A stretch of DNA of 64,000 nucleotides from Eledone cirrhosa. Lineage: Eukaryota. The stretch is taken from contig OZ024744.1 of assembly GCA_964016885.1 (NCBI GenBank), positions 82,150,001-82,214,000 on the forward strand, read 5' to 3'. This document shows, one piece after another, positions 11,787-24,376 of this stretch. A program made the position numbers and the translations under genes. How positions within the stretch are numbered: the stretch's first letter is position 1; each line of letters begins with the position of its first letter. The notes under the pieces are model-generated. The model did no database searches and had not been told where the DNA came from. It worked only from the letters and a program-made list of their open reading frames with translations.

Positions 11787-12051
11787 ATATTGTTATACTT
11801 TGGGAGGGTCATGTTGCCAATAAGAAACACACGCACCAGTTGCTTTCACTTCAATTTATTATAATACATTTATAAATTTAGGAATTTATAAATTTCCGCT
11901 TGGTTGGTATATAAACAACCATCTGGTTGTGGAACCAACCAACCAACCGGAAATTTATAAATTCCTAAATTTATAAATGTATTATAATAATTTGAAATGA
12001 AAGCAACTGGTGCGTGTGTTTCTTATTGGCAACATGACCCTCCCAAAGTAT

Positions 12052-12059
<8 letters not shown>
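11787..12059. repeat. Near-perfect inverted repeat (~120-bp arms) between (TA)n tracts
   Basis: ATATTGTTATACTTTGGGAGGGTCATGTTGCC...AAATTTCCG and its reverse complement. Confidence 0.9.
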
Positions 12060-12103
<44 letters not shown>

Positions 12104-12159
12104 TGAAAACATTCGTAGGCTTAGCTGAGGCTCGGCTTCGAATATACTGTACTTCCATT

Positions 12160-12201
<42 letters not shown>

Positions 12202-12347
12202 GGAAAAGAGTCAGAATCTAGCTGTCGAAACGACCGGAGCTCAGCCGTCGGGATCCTAACTCCTTTCCTATTACCCACTCTACTACCCCAAGTATCGAGT
12301 ACTCTGGTGCGTTATGGTTCACCTGGTTCCTTACCACACTTTCTTTG

Positions 12348-12409
<62 letters not shown>

Positions 12410-12947
12410 CATATTTTTGTTATGTAGTGTAGTATATTACAATACTTTGTGGTAATGTCTCTTATTAAGATACAGCGTGTTTTTAGTAATGCAGTGCAGT
12501 GTGTTATAATATATTGTAGTAATATATTGTACTACTATATACGTAAATTGGTTGAATGCTCAAAAGTATGAAATCATAAGGGGGTCCGGTTGGTTCCCAC
12601 TGTGTGATATCTTGAGAAAGTGACTTTACCATAGCCTCGGGTCGACCCATATCGCATGAGGGAAATTGGGAAGACGGAAACGGTTTGGACACCCGTCCAA
12701 TGGGTTATATCTGACATTCAAAGTTTTATCCTTTTCACATATTGCGTATCCCTAATGCCACTAGGGAATTACGTTAATGCTAGACGTGTCTGTGGAGTAC
12801 TCAGCCACATATACGTTAATTTACAAGACGGACATTCAATTGATGGAACATTTACATTCAATTGATGGAACATTTGAATTCTCATCCTCGAAACCTATGG
12901 TGAATCCATCATCATCTTCATCATCAAAATATAATGTATTTTAATAA

Positions 12948-13097
12948 TTGTTTCTACTTTTGGCAGAAGGCCAGCAATTACCCAGTACATTACTGGTACT
13001 TTATTTTATCGACCCCATAAGGATGAAAGGCAAAGTTAACTTCGACGGGATTTGAACTCAGACCGTAAAGGGACGTAACTCTGCTGTGGAAAGCATT
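12948..13097 (-). mobile_element. SINE S1 copy (5'-truncated)
   Basis: Reverse complement of S1. Confidence 0.85.
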
Positions 13098-13150
13098 TAA
13101 TAATGCAGTGTAATATATAAGCCTGATTATTATAGTGTTATATTCTAAAG

Positions 13151-13516
13151 CAGAGGTTCTCAAACTTTTTGGGCCACTGACCCCCTCACGGCTACGTAAT
13201 ACCCTGTCTCCCCCTCACATTTATTTCCAGAGAGACCTGCCTCTACACGCAATTTGTAAATAATATATAATAAATAAAATCGTTAATTTATATATAATAA
13301 ATAATACATACTATGTATAAATATATATTATATATTTTTTATTTTACTGTATTTATATGTAGTATTTATAATTTAATATTTAATATACTATTATATCATC
13401 TCAATCCCCCCCCCCCCCAGCTCCCCCTTAGGCCCCTGCATCACCTTATGCCCCAGCACCTCCTGGACCTTCTGAACACCCCCGGCGTGTGGTATCACCC
13501 ACTTAGAGAACCTCTG
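13151..13516. mobile_element. hAT (Charlie-like) MITE
   Basis: TIR CAGAGGTTCTC/GAGAACCTCTG; perfect 8-bp TSD TTCTAAAG at 13143-13150 and 13517-13524. Confidence 0.9.
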
Positions 13517-13679
13517 TTCTAAAGTAATGTTTGGAGGCGACGGGATAGTTATGTGCCGATAGTAGGTGTTATACATAGCACCAGTGTAAATTAATTAGTA
13601 TACAGTACTTGCTTAGAAGTCTTTTCAGATATGATGTGCATATCGTAGCAACGTGTGTATGTATCTGTCAGTTTCGAAG

Positions 13680-13960
13680 ATGACTGTTCCAGTTGTTCGA
13701 ACAACGGGACAGCCTGTTCGCGAAACTTACATACGAGTGGCTGATCATTTTCCAGACATGCGCATTCATTACGTAGTTCTCAGGAAGATGCAACATGACA
13801 CAATTAATGGCAAGTCTTGTCTTTTGAATTAAAGTTACAATTCATATTTTTTGCCAGTTGAGTGGACTGTAGTAACGTAAAATAAAGTAAATTGTTCAAG
13901 GGCACAATACGTTACCGGGTATCGAACTCAGTACCTTATGATTGTAAGCCGGACACACTG
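13680..13960 (-). mobile_element. tRNA-derived SINE (family S2, V-SINE/CORE-like central domain)
   Basis: Minus-strand B-box GAGTTCGATACCC followed by TTGTGCCCTTGAACAA; related to 20000-20262, 34769-35065 and 61540-61830. Confidence 0.7.
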
Positions 13961-14044
13961 ATCATGTAGTACATATAGTGTCAATACAAACCATGTAACA
14001 CAACATTAAAACAGTAACAACAACGAAAGATAACAATGTAAATA

Positions 14045-14079
14045 ACAGTAGTAGCAGTAGTAGCAGCAGCAGTAGCAGC

Positions 14080-14130
<51 letters not shown>

Positions 14131-14134
14131 TGTT

Positions 14135-14188
<54 letters not shown>

Positions 14189-14258
14189 ACAGCACTAGTC
14201 GTAGAAGCACCAGCAGCTGAAGTAGTAGTAGCAGCAGCAGCAACAGCAGTAGCAGCAT

Positions 14259-14293
<35 letters not shown>

Positions 14294-14339
14294 ACAGCTG
14301 AAGTAGTAGCAGCAGCAGCAGTAGCAGCAGTAATAGCAT

Positions 14340-14379
<40 letters not shown>

Positions 14380-14456
14380 TGTAGTAGTAGTAGTAGTAGT
14401 AGTAGTAGTAACAGCTGAAGTTGTAGCAGCAGCAGCAGTAGCAGCAGTAATAGCAT

Positions 14457-14502
<46 letters not shown>

Positions 14503-14655
14503 TGTAGTAGTAGTAGTAGTAGTAGTAGTAGTAACAGCTGAAGTAGTAGCAGCAGCAGCAGTAGCAGCAGTAATAGCATTAGTAGTAGTAGTAGTAGTAG
14601 TAGTAGTAATCGTAGAAGCAGCAGTAGCTGAAGTAGTAGTAGTAGTAGCAGCTGT
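14045..14655. repeat. (AGT)n/(AGC)n compound microsatellite with ~120-bp higher-order repeat
   Basis: Block ACAGCTGAAGT(A/T)GTAGCAGCAGCAGCAGTAGCAGCAGTAATAGCATT recurs 3-4 times. Confidence 0.9.
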
Positions 14656-14739
14656 AATATCAGGAACCCTACAGGAATGTAAGTGTAGCTCTTCGGTTTT
14701 ATTCTAGTGAACAAATGTTGAGTGTTGGCAATACTAACA

Positions 14740-16190
14740 ACAGCACTACCACCACCACCACCACCACTACCACCACCATCAGCACTACCACCAGCACTAT
14801 CATCACCACCACCACCACCACTACCACCAGCACTACCATCACTACCACCACCACCACCACCACACCACCAGCACTACCACCACCACCACCACCACCACCA
14901 CTAACAACAGCACTACCACCACTACCACCACCACCACCACCAGCACTACCACCACCACCACCAGCACTACCACCACTACCACCACCACCACCACCACCAC
15001 CACCACCACCACCACCAGCACTACCACCACCAGCACTACCATCATTACCACCACCACCACCAGCACTACCAGCACTATCACCACCACCACCACCACCACC
15101 ACCACCAGCACCACCACCACCACCACCAGCACTACCACCACCAGCACTACCATCATTACCACCACCACCACCACCACCACCACCACCACCACTACCACCA
15201 GCACAAACATCACTACCACCACCACCACCACCACCACCAGCACTACCACCACCACCACCACCACCACCACTACCACCACCGCCACTGCCACCACCACTAC
15301 CACCAGCACCAGCACCACCAGCACCACCAGCACCACCAGCAGTATAACCACCACCACCACCATCATCATCATCGCCACTACGACTATTACCAAGACCACT
15401 TCCATAACCATGACCAGCAGCAGCAGCAGCACCAGCAGTGGCAGCAGCAGGTACACCACCACCATCATCATCACCACTACCGCTATTAGTAAGACCACTT
15501 AAATAAGCATCACCACCACTACCACCACCACCATCACCACCACAGCCACCACCATCACCACCACTACCACCACCACCATCACCGCTCAACCACCACCACC
15601 ATCACCACCACAACCATCACCACCACCACAACCACCATCACCACCACCACCACCACCACCATCACCACCACCACAACCACCACCACCACCATCACCACCA
15701 CCGCCATCACAACCACCACCATCACCACCACAACTACCACGACCACCATCACCACCATCACCATCACCACCACAACCACCACCATCACCACCACTACCAC
15801 CACAACCACCACCACTACAACCACCACCACCACTACAACCACCACCACCACTACCACCACCACCACCACCAGCACTACCATCACTACCACTACCACCACC
15901 ACCACCACCACTACCACCACCACCACCACCAGCACTACCATCACTACCACCACCACCACCACAACCACCACCACCACCACCACCACCACCACCACCACCA
16001 TCACAACCACCACCACCACCACCACGACCATCACCACCACCACCACCATCACTACCACCACCACAACCACCACCACCACCACCATCACCACCACCACCAC
16101 CATCACCACCACAGCCACCACCATCACTACCTACCACCACCACCACCACCTTTACCACCCCAACCACCACCACAACTCCCCCCATCACCC
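14740..16190. repeat. Degenerate (ACC)n low-complexity tract (Gly-rich reading on minus strand)
   Basis: ACC triplets with ACT/ATC/AGC/ACA interruptions; ORFs 14699-15589 and 15586-16215. Confidence 0.85.
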
Positions 16191-16435
16191 CCCACGATAA
16201 CCTCCCCCTCCACAAAGAAGAGTGGTAGGAGCAGCACCAGCAGCAGCTATAACAGGGATAACAGCAGCAGCAACAGTGACAGCAGTACTAGTGGCAATGA
16301 TATCAGAAGCAATGGATACAGAATAGCCGAAGCTAGCTTCCAGTGACAAAAAGGACCGCTTACAACAACAACAGCAACAACAACAACAACAACAACAACA
16401 ATGGTAGCAATAACAACAATAATAATAATAATAAT

Positions 16436-16755
16436 AATTGTTTCTACTTAAGGCACAAGGCCAGCAATTACCCAGTGCATTACTGGTACTTTATTTTATA
16501 ATGATAAGTAATAATGATTTCATTTATTAGCCACAAGGGCCGACATGTAGGAGACAATACAGTAATGATAGTAATAATAATAATAATTGTTTCTACTATT
16601 GGCACAAGGCCAGCAATTACCCAGTACATTACTGGTACTATATTTTATCGACCCCGTAAGGATGAAAGGCAAAGTTAACCTTGACGGGATTTGAACTCAG
16701 ATCGTAAAGGGACGTAACTATGCTGGGAAACATGGCGTCCGACCCTCTACCGATA
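16436..16755 (-). mobile_element. Two SINE S1 pieces flanking a Tx1-like 3' tip (16516-16561), all in (AAT)n
   Basis: Minus strand reads TGTATTGTCTCCTACATGTCGGCCCTTGTGGCTAATAAATGAAATCATTATT between S1 fragments. Confidence 0.8.
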
Positions 16756-16814
16756 GTAATAATAATAAGTCCATATGAATGTTTCATGGAAGAGATAATA
16801 TCAAAAGGGAGCAA

Positions 16815-17083
16815 ATAGATAGATTAGATAGATAGATAGAGAGAGAGTGAGAGAGAGAGAGAGTGAGAGAGAAGGGGAGAATGAGAGAAAACGAAAGAAA
16901 GAAAGGGAAAAATGACAGAGAGGAGAAAAATAAGAATATATATATATATAGAGAGAGAGAAAGGGAGAGACAGAATAAGAGAGAAAGGAGAAAGAGAAAG
17001 CGGAAAAGAGAAAGAACAGGAAAAGAGAAAGAAGGGAGAGAGAAAGAGAGAAAGAGAAAAATAGAGAAAGTGAAAGAGAGGAA

Positions 17084-17116
<33 letters not shown>

Positions 17117-17623
17117 GCAGAAAGACAGACAGAGAAAGAGAGAGAGTGAAAGAGATAGATAGATAGATAGATAGATAGAGATAGAGAGAGAGAGAGAGAG
17201 AGAGACATACAGACATACAGAGAAAGAGAGAGAGAGAGAGTGAAAGAGATAGATAAGATAGATAGATAGATAGATAGAGCGAGAGAGAGAGATAGACAGA
17301 GAAAGAGAGAAAGATAAACAGAGGTTCGGTCGGTGGAATGGTGTGAGTGTGTGTGAGTGCGTGCGTGCGCGCGTGCGTGTGTGCATGTGTGTGTGTGCAT
17401 GTGTGTGTGTGTGCATATGTGTGTATGTGTGTGTATGTGTGTGTGTGCATGTGTGTGAGTGTGTGTATGTGTGTGTGCATGTGTGTGTGTGCATGTGTGT
17501 GAGTGTGTGTATGTGTGTGTGCATGTGTGTGTGTGTGCATGTGTGTGTGTATGTGTGTGTATGTGTGTGTGCATGTGTGTGTGTGAGTGTATGTGTGTGT
17601 GCATGTGTGTGTGTGTGTGTGTG

Positions 17624-17656
<33 letters not shown>
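16815..17656. repeat. Polypurine (GA/GATA) tract followed by (GT)n/(GCATGT) compound repeat
   Basis: Direct reading. Confidence 0.95.
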
Positions 17657-17659
<3 letters not shown>

Positions 17660-17966
17660 AAGGGATGATATGGTTTGTGAAATAAGCTAAGCTAACGTTT
17701 GTCCCGCCATTTGAAATCTCCCGAGAGAAGGTGAGCAATAGAAGCATCTTACGCTGAGGTGTGTGCTGTTACTCGCCTCGACCAAACCAACGTGTCAATT
17801 CTCTCCACCCGCTGGGAAATCTGCCAACGTATGCTTGGTCCTGGACTGGTGCCAAAATAACCGCCTCCTTGACAACGCTGGGACATACAGTTGTGTCGTT
17901 GCGAGTCATAGTGAAACATTCATATATTTTTGGTTTTACATGTTGTTATATTCTCTCTCTCTCCCC

Positions 17967-18041
<75 letters not shown>

Positions 18042-18091
18042 AATATATATTTATATATTTATACACACACAGACACACACCACACACACAC

Positions 18092-18125
<34 letters not shown>

Positions 18126-18128
18126 CAT

Positions 18129-18159
<31 letters not shown>

Positions 18160-18338
18160 AATATGTATACACACATATATATATACAGAAACACACACAC
18201 ACACACACGCACATACACACACGCGCACGCGTGCACACACACACACACACATATATATATATACGCACACATTTTAAATGTTTTTTTTCTCAAAACTTTT
18301 TAACGTAAATGCTTTTAAATCTTTCTTTTTTGTTTTTA

Positions 18339-18387
<49 letters not shown>

Positions 18388-18507
18388 TCTCCTTTATTCG
18401 GAGTTCCTTTCCTCACACTTTTGTAATATGTGTGTATTTCGTGTGTATATATGTGGCTGTATGACAGCTTATAATATATATATATATATTATAAGCAGTC
18501 ATACAGC

Positions 18508-18567
<60 letters not shown>

Positions 18568-18604
18568 TATATAGCTCCGTATATATGAAGAGTGTAACCG
18601 AGAC

Positions 18605-19738
18605 TGCGTCATTGTACATGAAGGATGATCTTTTTAACTGGTTGAAGTCCTACATTCTCAGTCGAAGAGAGGTAGTCACGGTTCTAGGACAGCATTCCTC
18701 ACCATATGAGATGTCATCTGGATATGTTTTTGCCCCCCCCCCCCCTTTGTTTGTGGCATATATTAATGACATAGATGCCAACTTAAAGAATGCCACAGTA
18801 CTGAAATATGAAAGATGACATCAAGCTGTACCTTGAGATAAAAAGACCTGATACTGAACACTTTCCTGCAATCAGACCTGGACACAATGCAGCAATGGAT
18901 AACAGACTGGCAACTCAAGCTAGCTGTGGACAAGCCCAGCGTCCACATACTCCCTCCACAACACTAATATCAAGAAATTTTCTTGTGAACGTGACCTGGG
19001 CATTACGGTCAGCAGCGATTTGCGTTGAACGAAACACGTCTCTAAAATTTTCAAGAAGGCCGAGGGTGTCTTAGCATCACTCAGCAAGACCTTTGTCAGC
19101 GCTCCCCAGCTATCTATTTAAAGCTGTATATAGCTATGGTGCGGCCACATTTAGAATTTTCATCACCAGTCTGGAACCCCTATCTTGCTCAGAACATTGA
19201 CCACCTAGAAACTGTTCAGAGACGTGCAACCAAGCGAATACCCTCCATCAGGCATCTACCGTACTCTGAACGCCTTGCTTCCCTGGGCATGGATACATTG
19301 AAGCTCCGACGTCTGGCAATGGATTTGGTAAACACCCATAAAATTATTAACTATTTTACCAACAACAACCCCGAGTACCTTTTTGATTTCCATGTGTCTA
19401 ACACACGTGGGCATGCCCACACAGTCAGAAAACAGCACAGTTCCCATGACTTTCGGAAACATTTTTTCACGCTCAGCGTTGCTGAAGCATGGAACAAACT
19501 GCCGGCATCAGTTATTAGCTGTCGAGACACTGCATCCTTTAAAACCTCCATGCTTCCTGAGATTCGCCAACACTACACATAATATTCCCCCTCCATACAG
19601 ACGCACATATGTATATCATGACTCATACACTGTTCATTTTCCTGACATTTGTATATTATTCTATGTACTATACATGCACCTTTGATGAGTTGTAATGCAC
19701 CTGAGCACTGTACACAATCATTTCATTATTATTATTAT
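18605..19738 (+). mobile_element. 5'-truncated CR1-clade LINE
   Basis: LFNWLKSY...LFVAYINDID, DDIKLY, VRPHLEFSSPVWNP, VQRRATK, YSERL, TRGH, FFT.SV..AWNKLP; ends in (ATT)n. Confidence 0.9.
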
Positions 19739-19999
19739 ATAGATATATTTTTTTAATAGACATATTTTTTTTAATATGTAGACATGTAAACATGCCAGAA
19801 AATGCGAATTTCCCTGTAAATTGAAAACAAAAAATGGTTACACATCTTTAATCGATATTCGGATTAAGTTGGGTCGTCGTCAGATGGTTTGTATATCATC
19901 TAAACAACCTCAAGGAAACATGTATATAACTATCGTACACTTCATCTGCTTGGCACACTTCTCATTATATATATATATATAAAAGTCTAAAGTCAGAAG

Positions 20000-20262
20000 A
20001 CTCATTAAGCCAGAAGGGCTCATTTGGCCGGTGCTTATCCCGGTTTCATGGTGTGAAGCGACAGTACAAGACTGGCCCCTGGACAGGATGCTAGTCCATC
20101 GCAGGGTTAAACCCCCAGCTATTGCTGGTACTCACATTTAGCTGAGAGTACTTGAGCAACGTGAAATGAATTTTTTTGCTCAAGAACACAACACGCAACC
20201 CAGGAATCGAACCCACGACATTATGATCGCAAGTCAAACACCCTTACCATTATGCCACGTGT
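20000..20262 (-). mobile_element. SINE S2-type copy
   Basis: Minus-strand tRNA head (GTGGCATAATGG...GGTTCGATTCC) plus GTGTTCTTGAGCAA domain. Confidence 0.75.
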
Positions 20263-20424
20263 TAAATAAATATATAAATCAGGATGTATTCAGTTTGAAA
20301 CTAGTTAGACCATTACTCAAGAGAGTACTCGATATTTGGGATAGTAGAGTGTGGTTATATTATAAAGAGTCGGGTCCCGGCGGCTGAGTCCAATAAGGGC
20401 TCAATCCTTGGGTTTCGACTCTTT

Positions 20425-20513
<89 letters not shown>

Positions 20514-20656
20514 GTGTGTATAAGTGTGTGTGTATATATATATATATATATATGGGTGTATACGTGAATATGTGAGTGTATATATGCAAGTGTTTCTGTG
20601 TGTATGTGTAGCTGCATATATATATATATAGTTTTAATATAGATGAGATTCTACAG

Positions 20657-20694
20657 GACTAGAACTGTTTCATTCATTAGAAATCATCAGTCTA
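20657..20694 (-). ncRNA. Degenerate minimal hammerhead-like motif
   Basis: TAGA-CTGATGA-TTTCTAATGAAT-GAAA-CAGTTCTAG; stem III/cleavage register imperfect; related copy at 25200-25265. Confidence 0.4.
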
Positions 20695-20744
20695 TACGCA
20701 CGCACACAAACGAGCATTAACAGACATATACACGTATATATTCC

Positions 20745-20779
<35 letters not shown>

Positions 20780-20836
20780 GTGTATACGTGAATATGTGAG
20801 TGTATATATGCAAGTGTTTCTGTGTGTATGTGTAGC

Positions 20837-20884
<48 letters not shown>

Positions 20885-21354
20885 GGAATATATACGTGTA
20901 TATGTCTGTTAATGCTCGTTTGTGTGCGTGCGTATAGACTGGATTGTATACGAATATATATTTTTGTTTCTTTCTCAACCTGTATCTATGCATGTGTGTG
21001 TATTTGTAAATATGTAGGTGCGTGTCATTACGTATGTGTGTGTAAATGTATGCATTTGTATATGTGAGTATTAACATTATAGCTGAGAGAAATTTGATAA
21101 AATTGAGGCTATGCATGTTAAATATAAACATCGTAGAATCTCATATATATAATATATTGAGTTGAAATGTAGTTGGACAATGTTGACAAAACAAAAAAAA
21201 AAAAAAACAAAACAAAACAAAAAAACGTCAATGAAGGAAGACAACTACAACAATTTCAGTTGAGCAAAATCTTTGAATAAATTGTATTTTTACTGGAGGG
21301 TTTGGCTTTTGAAATGGTGTAAAGCCCTAGACATAGCTTATCTATAATATTATG

Positions 21355-21535
21355 TGGATTGGCAGTATCTGTAGAGGGTCGGACGCCATGCTTTCCAGCA
21401 TAGTTACGTCCCTTTACGATCTGAGATCAAATCCCGCCGAGGTTGACTTTGCCTTTCATCCTTACGGGGTCGATAAAATAAAGTACCAGTAATGCACTGG
21501 GTAATTGCTGGCCTTGTGCCTAATGTAGAAACAAT
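21355..21535 (+). mobile_element. SINE S1 copy
   Basis: Consensus match, ATTAT flanks. Confidence 0.9.
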
Positions 21536-21865
21536 ATTATTTTGATTCGATACATCTGGACTGAAATTTTAATACATAGAAATATATCCGAATTGTAATA
21601 TCAAAGAAAATGCATATAACTGGACTTAAACATTCAGTCCCAATAAATTAAGAACAATATCTACCCCACCACGCCGTGGATTCTAAAATATATATCAGTA
21701 ATATAGGCACAACTACAGACATGATTGGGTGCTTAAGAAATTCACAACGACGTAATTTCGGGTTTAGTTCTAATACGTTGCACCTTCAGTAGCAAGTGTC
21801 TTTTGCCTCGAGTGTATTGACGCATTGAGAGTAAATTGTGGTTATAGAAAACTGTGAAGAAGCCT

Positions 21866-21907
<42 letters not shown>

Positions 21908-22070
21908 AACTTTAATTATATCTCATAAAATAATACAACTGGCTTTTCCACATAATACATATTGTTAGCACCCCAAACACTTAAATTGGGTTTATATTAA
22001 AATATAACCTAATGTTTGTTGAGTGAGATGGTTACCAGTCAGAGATTAGCTTTAAACTATCTCTGTTATT

Positions 22071-22150
<80 letters not shown>

Positions 22151-22214
22151 CACACACACACACAGACACATATATATATAAGTTAACAAGATATCGTTTA
22201 AGGTAATCCAGATC

Positions 22215-22310
22215 AGTATTCTGATGATTTGGTCGAGTATAGATTGTAATTAAAATCGAGTGACGTGGCTTCTAGCGATCAGCCGGACTAATGAAATAAT
22301 TGTTAATACT
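22215..22310 (+). ncRNA. Type I hammerhead with long stem-II insertion
   Basis: Stem I AGTATT/AATACT; CTGATGA 22221-22227; TTGGTC/GACTAA; GAAA 22293-22296; T-AATT-G; GTT triplet; homologous to 63519-63629. Confidence 0.7.
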
Positions 22311-22380
22311 TTAAATAAAACCTATTGTACAACTGACCACGTTATTCTTCACTCTTATATATATATATATATATATATAT

Positions 22381-22572
22381 AGGAACAAGTAAGACCCCGA
22401 CAGCTGAGCTCAAGCCGTTTCGACGGCTAATTCAGTCCAGAATTAGCCGTCGAAACGGCTTGAGCTAAGCCGTCGGGGTCTTACTTGTTCCTATTACCCA
22501 CTCTACTACCCTAAGTATTGAGTACTTTGGTGCGTTATGGTCCACCTGGTTCCTTACCACATTTCCTTCGTT
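22381..22572 (+). mobile_element. Family P1 copy with ~55-bp inverted arms, (TA)n both sides
   Basis: Palindrome 22380-22494; 3' end CTTACCACATTTCCTTCGTTATATA. Confidence 0.85.
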
Positions 22573-22655
22573 ATATATATATATATAGTGGTAGGACACT
22601 GGAAGGTAATATCCGTAGTGGTAGAGCACTCAGTCCAAGGGACGAGTTAAGTAGA

Positions 22656-22828
22656 AGTGGTTACACAACAGTTAGTTCACCATACCGAGAACAATTGTTT
22701 CACCTTAGCGGATCCTCAGCTCGTAATGGACATGGTTGTTCCGTATAACCATGTCCATTACGAGCTGAGGATCCGCTAAGGTGAAACAATTGTTCTCCGT
22801 ATGGTGAACTAACTGTTGTGTAACCACT
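22656..22828. ncRNA. Palindrome containing two head-to-head minimal hammerheads (22759-22801 +, 22683-22725 -)
   Basis: CGAG-CTGAGGA-TCCGCTAAGGT-GAAA-C-AATT-G-TT-CTC; arms ~82 bp with 9-nt spacer. Confidence 0.7.
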
Positions 22829-24239
22829 GCTATATATATATATATAGAACCAAGCTATTAAACAGAAGGGCCGACTTATTCGGTGCCTGCAAACACCTAA
22901 GGACGGGAACTTTCTTCAAGCTATATGGATAAACCCCGGTTAAGGCCTCCCACAACGCCCTCCCCCCTGTAGGTCCCCTACACCCCGTACCAATGACCAA
23001 TGGACTACAACAACCACCACCCATAGTTTGTGGTCCCTATGGTGGATGGTCCACCGGATCCTCTACTGATTAGGAGTCATCAAAACCACGTTTTATTGAA
23101 CCTGACGAACCCCCTCCCCCGGGAGCGGGCCACACTGGAAGAACAATTATCCCAAGGTACTAACCCTATACGCATGAATGAGTACCCGCAACCGTGCATT
23201 ATGTGTGTATACTGGGACTTCGTGAATGTACACACTCATGTGAACGCAACGTAATACTAATACCCCAGGTTGGATTGATAAATGTTCGAGTGTAAGCTTT
23301 AGAGTATATTTGTATATACTCTCTTGTATGAGTGCACATGTGTATATAGACATACAGGCGCATCCAGAAGTATAAAAGTGTGGTGGGGTATATATGGCTG
23401 TACTAAGGGATTCGCCTAAGCTCCAAAGCCCCCAAGCTATTGCTGTGAAGATATATATCACACTCTACCTTTGTCTAGTCTAAACAATAACTTTTCCAAA
23501 CACCCACTTTACTTTTCTTTAAAAATAACACCCAACTAGTTTTATGTCTGCCTTATACTTGGATTTGGGGGCCTCTGTTGTATATATATATGCACTTGTG
23601 CGTACATATATATATACACACCTGTATGGATTTGTGTGTGTAGATGTGTGTGTGTGTCTGTGGGGGTAGGTGTGAGTGTATGTACAAGTCAACCAACATA
23701 AGTCTTTTTATTTCTAAATTTTCCAAACTCTCTAAGTATTTGACTCTAACCATTATTTTAAGTATTACCACCCCACATTAATTCCTCAATTTGTATGTGT
23801 GGATGTGTGTGTGTGTCTGTGGAGGTGGGTGTTAGTGTATGTGCAAGCCAACCGACATAAGTCTTTTTATTTGTAAATTTTCTACTCTAACTATAATTTT
23901 CAGTAGCACCACTCCACATAAATTCCTCAATTTAAGAATGACCTGTAGTATCTATTTCATACTATTAACCTTAATTGAATATATATCTGACCAGGAATGC
24001 TTTTTGTGAAAATCAGTCATATGGAACTATTGTCATCTTGCCTGACGGTTTGAACTTTACAACACCACCTGCTTCTTTGAGGTCAAATACCAACCCAACT
24101 AGCATCTACAAACTGACCAATGAGAATCAAGACTATTCCTGCTGACAACATTAAATTATTCCTAACAAGCTCATATGTCCCAAGGGTCTGATACCATCAA
24201 CACTATAAACACAGAGGTGGCATATCCTAGAACTGTCTA

Positions 24240-24295
24240 ACTGCCTGATGAGGTCATAGCCATTCAATGGCTATCATCGAAATATATATAGCAGT
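24240..24295 (+). ncRNA. Minimal type I hammerhead ribozyme
   Basis: ACTGC-CTGATGA-GGT(C ATAGCCA ttcaa TGGCTAT C)ATC-GAAA-TATATATA-GCAGT; AATAAA then (TA)n ~45 nt downstream. Confidence 0.85.
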
Positions 24296-24336
24296 AAATA
24301 AAGGATTATGAGTTCATGCAATTGACTTATGTTTCG

Positions 24337-24376
<40 letters not shown>

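Noticed and set aside
13962-14714. 250-aa poly-Leu ORF, and poly-Pro/poly-Val ORFs at 14715-16127
   Set aside because: Alternative frames of triplet repeats
23095-23150. CTGACGA hammerhead candidate
   Set aside because: No correctly placed GAAA or stem I
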